Positions 1-7,468 of a stretch of 32,000 bases of DNA are shown here, piece after piece. This DNA is from Candidatus Saccharimonadota bacterium (lineage in GTDB: Archaea > Nanohalarchaeota > Nanosalinia > Nanosalinales > Nanosalinaceae), in assembly GCF_029232205.1 (NCBI RefSeq), contig NZ_CP107255.1, positions 60,001 to 92,000 on the forward strand. The letters are read 5' to 3'. The first letter of the stretch is position 1; every line of letters starts with the position of its first letter. The notes under the pieces were generated by a model, which searched no databases, had not been told where the DNA came from, and worked only from the letters and a program-made list of their open reading frames with translations. A program made the translations under genes and the position numbers.

Positions 1-21
1 AAGTTTCAGAAGGTGTATTGT

Positions 22-300
22 ATGGCTGATTTGCTTGAAGACGCAAGAGAGAACATTGATGAGATAAACCATGAGATAGCTGAACTGGTATCCGAGAGAA
101 TGGAGGAAGTGGTCAAAGTCGTTGAATACAAGGAAGAGAACAACATGGATGTCAAGGATGAAGGTAGAGAGGAACAGGTTATGCAGCAGTTTGGCGATCT
201 TTTCGAGGAGAGAGATCTTCCTCGTGAGAGAGGCCGTCAGTTAGGCCGTCTTTTGATTGATACTGCGGTCGATGCTGAAAGAGAGATGATGGATAAGTAG
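22..300 (+). CDS. chorismate mutase, AroQ-type (small helical form)
   Basis: ORF 13..300. The pattern R-x-x-IDEI-x-x-I-x-EL-x-x-ER...K...D..RE matches small archaeal/bacterial AroQ chorismate mutases. AAGGTG Shine-Dalgarno at 10-15 lies 6 nt before ATG 22. The frame stays open to the window edge, so a longer N-terminus or fusion cannot be excluded. Confidence 0.6.
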   Translation: MADLLEDARENIDEINHEIAELVSERMEEVVKVVEYKEENNMDVKDEGREEQVMQQFGDLFEERDLPRERGRQLGRLLIDTAVDAEREMMDK

Positions 301-301
301 T

Positions 302-2368
302 CTACCAGTCGTCCTTGCTTGCGCAGTCGGGATCTATACACATCTGGTAGTCCCTTCCTTTCTTTCTCTGAACATCGATCATCGGCTTTCCACATGTCTC
401 ACATTCTTTATCCAGACTGGAAATCTTTCCGTTGTTCGGAAGCGGGTATGTGTTTTCGCAGTCAGGGTAGTTGGAGCAACCCACAAACTTGCTGCCGTTT
501 GACTTGATAATTCTGAGTTTTCCGCCTTCGCGATCTTCTTCCTCACATTTATCGCAAGGCCCGAGAGTTCTCCTTCTCTTTCTCTCGGAATCAATAGTAT
601 CTACTAGCTGAGCACCAATCTTGGCCTCGTTCTCCTTGAATTTTTCCAGAGTCTCCTTGAGTTCTTCGCGGGCCTTTGAGAGAACGTCTTCTCGTGACTC
701 CTCCTCATTTCTGATTGACTGCATGTTCTCCTCGAATTCTCGGGTAAGTTCTTCGCTGAGAAGTGTTGGAGAGTACTCTTCGAGTGTTTCGACAATTGTC
801 AGGCCTAGATCTGATACCTCGATTGGATCTTCTTCAATATAGTTTCTGTTGTAGAGCCTGTCAACTACCTGTGCTCTCGTGGCCTTTGTACCAAGATTCT
901 TTTTCTCAAGTTCGGATACGATACCTGACTGGGAGTATCTTCTTGGTGGCTGTGTCTCTTTCTCGTCAAGTCTGAAGTCCTCGATATCCAGAACTTCTCC
1001 TTCTTCGAGGCCTGGAAGCTCTGCTTCTTCAACTCTGACGTATGGATCGTAGAGGTCAAACCAGTTTCTTTCCTTGGTGACTTTTGACTTGGCCTTGAAT
1101 TCGTGGCCTTCAACATCAAGTGTCAGTGTCAGTGACTGTCTCTTTGCTGCATCGCCGAATACCGCGCAGAAGCGCTTGGCAATCAGATCGTAGACCTGAC
1201 CTTCTCTCTTGGAGAGGCCCGAAGGATGTTCTCCTGTAGGATAGATTGCAGGGTGTGCATCGTCTTTCTTTTTACCCTGTCGAGGATATCTGTCGTCATC
1301 GTCTTTTTCAAGCACTTTTTTGGCGGGTTCCTCCAGTTTATCCTGCTTTTTGAGCTTCTTCAGAATATTTTCGTATCCAATCTTGGCAGGAAGCTTCTGC
1401 GACTCGGTACGCGGATAAGAAATCAGGCCGTTCTCGTAAAGAGTCTGTGCAATGGCCTGAGTCTGTTTAGGATTAATATTAAACTGTGAAGAGGCCTCTT
1501 TCTGAAGGCCTGTTAGGTTGAAAGGAATTGGAGGGTTGTGCTTGTAGTTATTGACCTTGATATTTGATACGTGTGTCTTTGTGGCGTCTTTTACTCTGTT
1601 GAATACTCCTTCAGCGACGTCCTCGTTCCATATTCGGTCTTCGTCGTCCTCCCACTGGGCCTCGAACTCTTCGTGGATCAGGTAGATTTCCCAGTAAGGA
1701 TCTGGCTCGAAGGCCATGATTTCGCGTTCTCTGTCTGCTAGAACTTTCAGTGCTGGGCCCTGTACACGCCCTGTTGAGAGTGTTTTGTATCTGTCGTTTT
1801 CTCTTACTGCCTGCATCAGTGCTCTTGAAACGTTGACACCGTAGTAGAAGTCCAGGAAGTGTCTTGTGAATCCGGCCTCTGTCATTCCTTTGTCGTAGCC
1901 TTCTAGATTGTCGTAGGCCTCTTGTAGGTCGCTTGCTGTCAGTGTTGAGAACTTCATTCTTTTGATTCTGTCTTCTGGCGCGTCAGCAATCTGTTTTATT
2001 ACGTTGGCTCCAATTACAGATCCTTCAAGGTCGAAGTCGCATGCGTTGATGTATTCGTCGGCCTTTTCGATCTGGTCGCGTAGGTTGTTGTAGTATTTTT
2101 TCATGTAGTCAGCGGAATCATCGGTTTCAAATGTTGGAACCCATTCTACATCGAATACAGGGTAGTCCCATCCTTCGCTGATCTGTTCAAGGTTGAATAT
2201 GTGGCCTACTGCTGGCGCAATTATTATCTGGTCTGTGCCCTTGTCTATAATGTAGTTTTTGACTCCACGGTTCTCTTCGATGGAGTAATCTCCCAGGGCC
2301 TGGGCGATACGGCTTGCTACCTTCGGTTTCTCACCAATCATTACTGTTGTTGCCATTGGTTTATCCAT
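302..2368 (-). CDS. topA: DNA topoisomerase I (type IA)
   Basis: 688 aa. N-terminal Toprim (MIGEKP..., DFDLEGS). Type IA core (GRVQGP, ISYPRTES with the catalytic Tyr context). C-terminal Cys4 zinc ribbons (CDKC...CSNYPDC, CETC...CIDPDC). Confidence 0.95.
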   Translation of the reverse strand: MDKPMATTVMIGEKPKVASRIAQALGDYSIEENRGVKNYIIDKGTDQIIIAPAVGHIFNLEQISEGWDYPVFDVEWVPTFETDDSADYMKKYYNNLRDQIEKADEYINACDFDLEGSVIGANVIKQIADAPEDRIKRMKFSTLTASDLQEAYDNLEGYDKGMTEAGFTRHFLDFYYGVNVSRALMQAVRENDRYKTLSTGRVQGPALKVLADREREIMAFEPDPYWEIYLIHEEFEAQWEDDEDRIWNEDVAEGVFNRVKDATKTHVSNIKVNNYKHNPPIPFNLTGLQKEASSQFNINPKQTQAIAQTLYENGLISYPRTESQKLPAKIGYENILKKLKKQDKLEEPAKKVLEKDDDDRYPRQGKKKDDAHPAIYPTGEHPSGLSKREGQVYDLIAKRFCAVFGDAAKRQSLTLTLDVEGHEFKAKSKVTKERNWFDLYDPYVRVEEAELPGLEEGEVLDIEDFRLDEKETQPPRRYSQSGIVSELEKKNLGTKATRAQVVDRLYNRNYIEEDPIEVSDLGLTIVETLEEYSPTLLSEELTREFEENMQSIRNEEESREDVLSKAREELKETLEKFKENEAKIGAQLVDTIDSERKRRRTLGPCDKCEEEDREGGKLRIIKSNGSKFVGCSNYPDCENTYPLPNNGKISSLDKECETCGKPMIDVQRKKGRDYQMCIDPDCASKDDW

Positions 2369-2450
2369 GAACTGAGAAGCTTAAAAGAAGAACGGGTCTC
2401 TCAGGCCCTGAAAAATAAAAAAGAAGAAAAAAGGTGTGAAAGGCTGAAAT

Positions 2451-2672
2451 TTATCTCATTGAGCCTGATAGCATTGATGCCGCTACCAGTAAAGCTGCTG
2501 AGAGAACTGCAAAGTCTCCACTAGGAGAGTAACCTGCGAGCTGTGATCCATACTGCACGATGAATACTGTTACGAAGAAGGATACTACTCCAAGCAGGAT
2601 CATTACTACATAGGCCACTACGCTCTCAACAAGCTCTGAAAGAGCTTCCATGATGCTCATAGTATTGTTCAC
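2451..2672 (-). CDS. small membrane protein (2 predicted TM helices), hypothetical
   Basis: 73-aa ORF with two long hydrophobic stretches. The GTG at 2672 is the first start. ATG at 2660 is preceded by GGTGA with 8-nt spacing and is the more likely start. An oligo-T run follows the stop. Confidence 0.5.
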   Translation of the reverse strand: MNNTMSIMEALSELVESVVAYVVMILLGVVSFFVTVFIVQYGSQLAGYSPSGDFAVLSAALLVAASMLSGSMR

Positions 2673-2724
2673 CAGCTGAAATTTTGTTTTACTGCTTAAT
2701 TTAGTTTGTGGTGGAGGACATTGG

Positions 2725-2740
2725 TTTTATAAAAATTATA
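2725..2740. promoter_or_regulatory. near-palindromic TATA box (TTTTATAAAAATTATA), possibly bidirectional
   Basis: Strongest A/T box in the 313-nt gap 2673-2985. About 27 nt downstream on the + strand is ATG 2757. On the minus strand it could drive the 2451..2672/topA unit through a short GGTGA-containing leader. Confidence 0.4.
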
Positions 2741-2756
2741 GAAAGATTCTATTCCT

Positions 2757-2822
2757 ATGAACGCATACACGACTTCAGGTGGATGTTTTGTGCCTAAGGG
2801 TGGATGCGTTCTGCTACAGTAG
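2757..2822 (+). promoter_or_regulatory. candidate leaderless mini-ORF (21 codons, MNAYTTSGGCFVPKGGCVLLQ) overlapping an 8-bp-stem hairpin
   Basis: The ATG sits about 27 nt after the TATA centre. GAACGCAT (2759-2766) pairs with ATGCGTTC (2803-2810). The internal direct repeat GGTGGATG occurs twice (2778-2785, 2799-2806). Coding versus structural RNA is unresolved. Confidence 0.25.
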
Positions 2823-2911
2823 ACTTTTCTCTAAAAATCTAGTTTCTGTGGAACTTGTGGCTCTATTGCTGCTAGTTTCGCTGCTGTAAAAATTCTAAGG
2901 TGATAATCAAC

Positions 2912-2986
2912 ATGAAACAACTACAACACAACGCTATACCATCTAAAACATCAAAACCAGCAGAAAAATCAGGAGGTAGATATTAA
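2912..2986 (+). CDS. candidate 24-codon upstream ORF (MKQLQHNAIPSKTSKPAEKSGGRY), translationally coupled to the next gene
   Basis: AAGGTGAT Shine-Dalgarno 7 nt before ATG 2912. Its stop TAA (2984-2986) overlaps ATG 2986 as TAATG. The peptide is basic, unlike the acidic proteome. Confidence 0.3.
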   Translation: MKQLQHNAIPSKTSKPAEKSGGRY

Positions 2987-3447
2987 TGGTCGATAGAAAG
3001 CCAGAATATGCTCCAACAAACCAAGAATACTGGGAAAGACAGTATGAGGGGGCTGATGGAGTTGAAGACAAAGCAAAAGAAGCTCACCAGAATGCAGAAG
3101 ATCTTATGAGCGCTATCTATGATGAAAAAGCTCCTTCATCTGTTCCAGAAGATTTTGATATGGATCCGAGACTTGTTTCTGCTGAAAGGTATGCCGGAGT
3201 GACTATGGATCGTCCTGGCAACAATCCTTCTCACTATAATCAAAGCGATCAGAGGCCAGAAGATGTAGAACCGCACACAGAAGGCCCTGAACATGAGCAG
3301 TGGGTTACTTTGTTGGAAGATGAAGAAGCTATGAAGGCTTTCTCTGGATTATTTGGTGAAGAAGAGACAAGAGAGATTGTAGGCCATCACTCAACTGAGG
3401 GCGATAAAGCCTTTGGAACAGGATACGATGCTGGCCTTCAAAATTAG
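2986..3447 (+). CDS. hypothetical acidic protein
   Basis: 153-aa ORF. Strong AGGAGGT Shine-Dalgarno 8 nt upstream. Acidic composition like its neighbours. No recognisable domain. Confidence 0.6.
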   Translation: MVDRKPEYAPTNQEYWERQYEGADGVEDKAKEAHQNAEDLMSAIYDEKAPSSVPEDFDMDPRLVSAERYAGVTMDRPGNNPSHYNQSDQRPEDVEPHTEGPEHEQWVTLLEDEEAMKAFSGLFGEEETREIVGHHSTEGDKAFGTGYDAGLQN

Positions 3448-3489
3448 AGAGCGAAGGAGAGGAAGGTTTACCCTCTCTTTTCTAACTCT

Positions 3490-4752
3490 CTAAACTTCCA
3501 GATATTCCTGACCGCCCATGTAGTCCTGTAGAGGTTCTGGGATCTTGACTCCTTTCTCAGTCATGTTGTTCTCAATAATTGCTGTGATAATTCTCTGAGG
3601 CACAAGGCCTGTTGCGTAGACTGTGTAAGGAGTCTTTCTTTCTCCTTTTTCTCGGTACTTGGTGTCGAACTCTCGGGCCTGGTAGTCTGTACAGCTACCG
3701 TAGCTGCCGACTTCTCCGTACTCTCCTAGAGGAGGCCTCCAGACCTCGATATCGTACTGTTTGAAGGTCTTATTGGAGATGTCGCCGTCGCAGATGTCGA
3801 CAACTCTGTATGGAAGGCCTAGCTCTTTCATGATTTTCTCTGCGTTGCCAAGGGTTTCTTGGAGAATGTCGAGATGGTTTTCTGGTTTGCAGAATGCGAA
3901 CTGTTCTACTTTCTCGAACTGGTGGACTCTCCAGAGGCCTCTGGTCTGTTTTCCGTGTTTTCCGGCCTCTCTTCTGAAGTTTGTGGAGTATCCTCCTAGT
4001 TTGAGGGGGAGGTCTTCTTCTATTACTTCTCCCTGGTATTTTGCTGCCAGTGCGTGTTCTGCTGTTCCGATCAGGTATCTTCCGTTTTCGTTTACCTGGT
4101 AGAGCTGGTCTTCGAATGTTTCCAGGTCTACAGCTGCTGCGATGGATTTTTCTTCCAGCATGTACGGTACCTGATAGACTCCGAAGTCTCTTTCTTTCAG
4201 GAAGTCGATTGAGAAGTTGATGAGTGCCTGGCTTAGTTTGAGTAGTTCCGGGTCTAGGAAGTAGGCTCTTTCTCCTCCTACTTCTGTGGCCTTTTCTGCT
4301 GTTAGAAGGTCGTGTTCTTCCAGGAAGTCGGCTGCGAGTTCGGAGTCTTCTTTTCTGCCGTTTTCCGGTTCCCAGTTTCTGAGTTCTGGGTTGTCTTCCT
4401 CACCTTCTCCTTCGGGTACGTCGTCGGCCAGAAGGTTTCCGACCTGATATCTTACTTCATCGCGTTCGTCTTTTAGTTCGTCGACTTTGTCTTCTAGCTC
4501 GCTTATGCGCTGTTTTACTTCCTGCATACGCTCTATTTTTTCGGAGGCATCCTCGCCTTCCTTTTTAAGTTCCGCGATCCTGTCTCCTACTTCGTTTCTT
4601 TCCTGTTGTAGGCTTTCAAGTTCCTGTAGTTTTTCTCTCCATTCTTTGTCGAGTTCAACTACTTCATCTACTTTTTCAGGGTCCTTTCCACGCCTTCTCT
4701 GCGCGTCCTTGATGTCCTCAGGATTATCGCGGAATACTTCTATACTGATCAT
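3490..4752 (-). CDS. serS: seryl-tRNA synthetase
   Basis: 420 aa. N-terminal coiled-coil tRNA-binding arm, then a class II core (NFRREAG...RVHQFEKVEQF, GEYGEVGS...). Confidence 0.95.
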   Translation of the reverse strand: MISIEVFRDNPEDIKDAQRRRGKDPEKVDEVVELDKEWREKLQELESLQQERNEVGDRIAELKKEGEDASEKIERMQEVKQRISELEDKVDELKDERDEVRYQVGNLLADDVPEGEGEEDNPELRNWEPENGRKEDSELAADFLEEHDLLTAEKATEVGGERAYFLDPELLKLSQALINFSIDFLKERDFGVYQVPYMLEEKSIAAAVDLETFEDQLYQVNENGRYLIGTAEHALAAKYQGEVIEEDLPLKLGGYSTNFRREAGKHGKQTRGLWRVHQFEKVEQFAFCKPENHLDILQETLGNAEKIMKELGLPYRVVDICDGDISNKTFKQYDIEVWRPPLGEYGEVGSYGSCTDYQAREFDTKYREKGERKTPYTVYATGLVPQRIITAIIENNMTEKGVKIPEPLQDYMGGQEYLEV

Positions 4753-4788
4753 ACTTAACCACTTATGCAGAAATTTTTATCTAGAACA

Positions 4789-4949
4789 GGTTTTGGGATC
4801 CGAAGCTCTCTGAGTTTCTGGTTGCAGAAACTTCGCAGAAGTTTCGAATAGAAAAGGCTCTCATCAAGCCTGGTTGGTTGCAATATGCGTCCGGTGAGAA
4901 AAGCGTCCACCTTTCATTGTAGAAAGGTATTTTTACACTGATCTTTAAA
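4789..4949 (-). promoter_or_regulatory. conserved structured upstream element of serS (copy A), including leaderless mini-ORF 4864..4917 (MKGGRFSHRTHIATNQA)
   Basis: Shares ordered blocks with 7267-7405, including an identical 16-mer at 4904-4919 and 7355-7370. TTTAAAG box at 4943-4949 (minus orientation), 26 nt before ATG 4917. Hairpins at 4802-4818, 4814-4831, 4827-4845 and 4855-4871. Confidence 0.5.
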
Positions 4950-5006
4950 CGGTTTTACACTGCTGAAACCCCAATCTTTATATGTTGTCATGAGCAAGTA
5001 GTAATT

Positions 5007-5480
5007 ATGGATGATTATGCTGAGGCCATGGATTATCTGCAAGAGTTTGATGAGAAACTTGGAGAAGAAGGTCTTGAGCTAGAAGGAGTGCTTATTGGCC
5101 AGGCTGCTCTCTGGGAGTATGCTGAAAGATATGATGAAGAGATGGAGGGCCGTGAAACTGATGATATTGACATTTATGTTCCTGACGTGATGCAGGCCTT
5201 TGATATTGCAGAGCTTTATGATGAAGTACCTCAGCAGACAGGTACCCGGCTGGAAGTTGACAAGGATCCGGAGATGTACATGGATCTTATATGGGATCAT
5301 CCAATGGCGGAAGAGTTTGTTGAAGCGATGGAGTCTGAAGAAGCAGAGATGGTTGAAGGACTTGAGAACATCGATCTCTACCTGCTTCCTGAAGACGTGT
5401 ACATTGAGAGCAAGAGAAACGCTGGAAGGGAAAAGGATGATGAAGATATTGCAAAGCTAGAGCAAATGATGGCTCTTTAA
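5007..5480 (+). CDS. putative minimal nucleotidyltransferase-fold protein (AbiEii/DUF6036-like)
   Basis: 157 aa. G-x-A...T-D-DIDIYV resembles the hG[GS]...D-x-D NTase signature. The C-terminal SKRNAGREKDDEDI resembles the K..AgR.KD..Di motif of this family. TATA-like CTTTATAT lies about 25 nt upstream. Assignment is from motif memory only. Confidence 0.4.
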   Translation: MDDYAEAMDYLQEFDEKLGEEGLELEGVLIGQAALWEYAERYDEEMEGRETDDIDIYVPDVMQAFDIAELYDEVPQQTGTRLEVDKDPEMYMDLIWDHPMAEEFVEAMESEEAEMVEGLENIDLYLLPEDVYIESKRNAGREKDDEDIAKLEQMMAL

Positions 5481-5481
5481 C

Positions 5482-5862
5482 CTATTTTTCTAATTGCAGA
5501 AGCTTTCTTTTTACATCGCTGTTTGATTCTCCGAGGTAGCCTCCGACTGAGTTCTTTCCAACTACTCTGTGGCATGGAATGATGAGTGGTAGAGGGTTCT
5601 GGGAGAGGGCCTGACCTACGGCTACAGGTATTCCGTCGACTTCCTCAGCTATATCTCCGTAGGTCTTGGTTTCTCCATAATCTATTTTCTGAATTTCTCG
5701 TAGAACATCTCCGACGAAACCTTCCGGTATATCATATTCAAGGTCAAATGTTTCCCGGTCGCCGTTGAAGTATTCGTTAAGCTGCTCGTTTACTTCTTCC
5801 CGCGGTTCCTCGATCAACTGCTCGTACACATTCAAGGTACGGCCGTAGATAGTGATCTTCAC
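5482..5862 (-). CDS. ogt: methylated-DNA--protein-cysteine methyltransferase (short form)
   Basis: 126 aa with the PCHRVV active-site motif and the YGDIA...helix-turn-helix region. GTG start. Confidence 0.85.
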   Translation of the reverse strand: MKITIYGRTLNVYEQLIEEPREEVNEQLNEYFNGDRETFDLEYDIPEGFVGDVLREIQKIDYGETKTYGDIAEEVDGIPVAVGQALSQNPLPLIIPCHRVVGKNSVGGYLGESNSDVKRKLLQLEK

Positions 5863-5941
5863 AACTGAAATTGTATCTGGATTCTTTTTAGTTCAACGCC
5901 AATCACTCTACATCATAAAGATGCCTGCACAATAACTTTAC

Positions 5942-6142
5942 ATGAAAGAAGTAGCAGGCTACAAGTTTGATGAAACACATCCTCTAGAACTGAAGGAAAA
6001 AGTAGTAACAGAAAAAGAGTTCGACAAGATAAAAGAAGCAATGGATCTTGCAGATAATATCAGATTTGGAAAAAGGCCTTTCGACGCTCCACCAGGAAAA
6101 GTACGTGTCTGGGTTGAAGAAGACGATCCTGAAGAAGAATAA
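5942..6142 (+). CDS. hypothetical small protein
   Basis: 66-aa ORF. CATAAAG box about 25 nt upstream of the ATG. Followed by a hairpin terminator candidate. Confidence 0.45.
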   Translation: MKEVAGYKFDETHPLELKEKVVTEKEFDKIKEAMDLADNIRFGKRPFDAPPGKVRVWVEEDDPEEE

Positions 6143-6159
6143 AAGATATGTAGAAATGT

Positions 6160-6180
6160 AGAGGCCTTTTTACGGCCTCT
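6160..6180. terminator. bidirectional hairpin between convergent genes (AGAGGCC-TTTTTAC-GGCCTCT)
   Basis: 7-bp perfect stem (6160-6166 / 6174-6180) with a T5-containing loop and T-rich flanks. It lies between the stop of 5942..6142 (+) and the stop of tyrS (-). Confidence 0.5.
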
Positions 6181-6184
6181 TAGT

Positions 6185-7210
6185 TTATTTGAGGTACTCT
6201 GGTTTTTCGTGGCCTATTTCTTCGAGTGGCTGCAGTAGTTCTGGTTCTTCTTTGAATCTTTCTCTTACTGGTTCGAGTCTTTCTACTGCTTCTTCTGCTA
6301 CGGCCTCTTTCAGGTCCAGTGGGTGGAGTTCTCCTGATTTGAAATCTTCAGCCATGTCTTCGAAGTTTTCGTAGTGGAGGTCGCCTCCGTATTCTTCTTT
6401 TCTCTCTATTTCAAGTTCTCTGTCTGCTCCGAAGATGAAGAAGTTGGCGATCTGGATGATTGGGTTGTCCTCTACTTCTCCCTGCGGGCAGTATGCGTCT
6501 TCCAGTACGTCTCTGATTCTTTCTGGGTCGGCGTGTAGTGGGAACATTGTGTTCTTCTTTGATGAAGACATTTTGTCTCCGTCTCCTGCCAGTGAAGATA
6601 GTAGAGGCCAGTGTAGGCATGTTGGTTTTTCGTATCCGAGTTTTGGTAGTTGTTCTCTTGCGAGCATGTGGATTTTTCTCTGTTCTATTCCTGCTACTGC
6701 AAGGTCGAGGTCCAGGTGGACGATGTCGAGGGCCTGCATCAGCGGGTATACGATCTGGCTGATGTAGACTTCGTCTTTGTCTCTGAGATCGTGCTGCATG
6801 CTTCTTTCTCCACGGTTGATTGTTGTTTTCTGTGTCATTGTCAGTAGGTCGTGGAAGTATTCGTCGCTTTCCTGGAAGTCTCTGCCGTGTACGTATTCTG
6901 CGTCGAGGCCCAGTGCTTCGAATGTTGCCTGCCAGTAGTCGATCATTTCTTCGATCCAGTCTTCCTCTCCTTTCTTGTTGAGGAATGTGTGTAGGTCGGC
7001 CCAGAGGATTACGGGTTGGAAACCTGCTTTCTGGATGTCCAGCATTTTACGTACTGAGATCCAGTGGCCCAGGTGTACAGGCCCTGAGGTTTCGTATCCT
7101 ACGTATGCGCGTGGTTCGTCTTTTTCCTTTAGTATTTCTTCAAGCTCTTCTTCCTGGATTATTTCCTCCGAGTTACGGAGTACCAGATTCTTACGTTCTT
7201 CATTATCCAT
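6185..7210 (-). CDS. tyrS: tyrosyl-tRNA synthetase (archaeal type)
   Basis: 341 aa, collinear with M. jannaschii TyrRS as I recall it (EEELxEILKxxxxxAYxGxExSGxxHLGH..., KMSSSK, ELHPxDLKxAVAEE). Confidence 0.95.
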   Translation of the reverse strand: MDNEERKNLVLRNSEEIIQEEELEEILKEKDEPRAYVGYETSGPVHLGHWISVRKMLDIQKAGFQPVILWADLHTFLNKKGEEDWIEEMIDYWQATFEALGLDAEYVHGRDFQESDEYFHDLLTMTQKTTINRGERSMQHDLRDKDEVYISQIVYPLMQALDIVHLDLDLAVAGIEQRKIHMLAREQLPKLGYEKPTCLHWPLLSSLAGDGDKMSSSKKNTMFPLHADPERIRDVLEDAYCPQGEVEDNPIIQIANFFIFGADRELEIERKEEYGGDLHYENFEDMAEDFKSGELHPLDLKEAVAEEAVERLEPVRERFKEEPELLQPLEEIGHEKPEYLK

Positions 7211-7266
7211 TTTCGATCTACCTGTGGAAAATTTTTGAGAGAACGCTTAAAGAGCTGTTGATAGAA

Positions 7267-7405
7267 GGTTTTATGGCATCCGAAGCAGCTACTGCTTCTG
7301 GATTAGAGAAACTCGTTGCGAGTTTCGATTGTTTCAAACTTCCGCTGATAAAAACGTCCACCTTTCATTGGTATCAAGGATGTATTCGGTCTGAAATGTT
7401 AAATT
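7267..7405 (-). promoter_or_regulatory. conserved structured upstream element of tyrS (copy B), including leaderless mini-ORF 7303..7368 (MKGGRFYQRKFETIETRNEFL)
   Basis: Paralogue of 4789-4949. AATTTAAC box at 7398-7405 (minus orientation). Hairpins at 7282-7298 (7 bp) and 7308-7326 (8 bp) keep their pairing through double compensatory changes relative to copy A. Confidence 0.5.
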
Positions 7406-7468
7406 GTTACGGAGAAAGGCCAGAAGGTTGCGGTCAGACCCAATGTTTTTCTTGGAGCTGTAAATATT

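Noticed and set aside
2778-2806. Direct repeats GGTGGATG x2, considered as a possible CRISPR-like or iteron array.
   Set aside because: Only two 8-nt copies are present. No further repeats or spacers occur, and no cas genes are in the window.
4789-4949. T-box riboswitch interpretation of the serS/tyrS upstream elements. AAAGGUGGACG vaguely resembles the T-box GGGUGGNACC core that pairs with the tRNA NCCA end.
   Set aside because: The block sits at the 5' end rather than in a 3' antiterminator. Both copies have UGGA even though the cognate tRNAs should differ in discriminator base. No specifier-loop architecture exists, since the hairpin loops are only 3 nt. The block also translates into an identical peptide with a synonymous change. 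The leader-peptide reading explains the data better.
7267-7405. tRNA, split-tRNA half or tRNA-like gene in the conserved elements (GTTTCGAAT resembles a T-loop) and in the secE leader (GCCCGT...ACGGGT closing helix, 21575-21640).
   Set aside because: No cloverleaf can be drawn. No G53-C61-type T-arm, D-arm GG or 7-nt anticodon loop is present, and stem lengths and loops (3 nt) are wrong.
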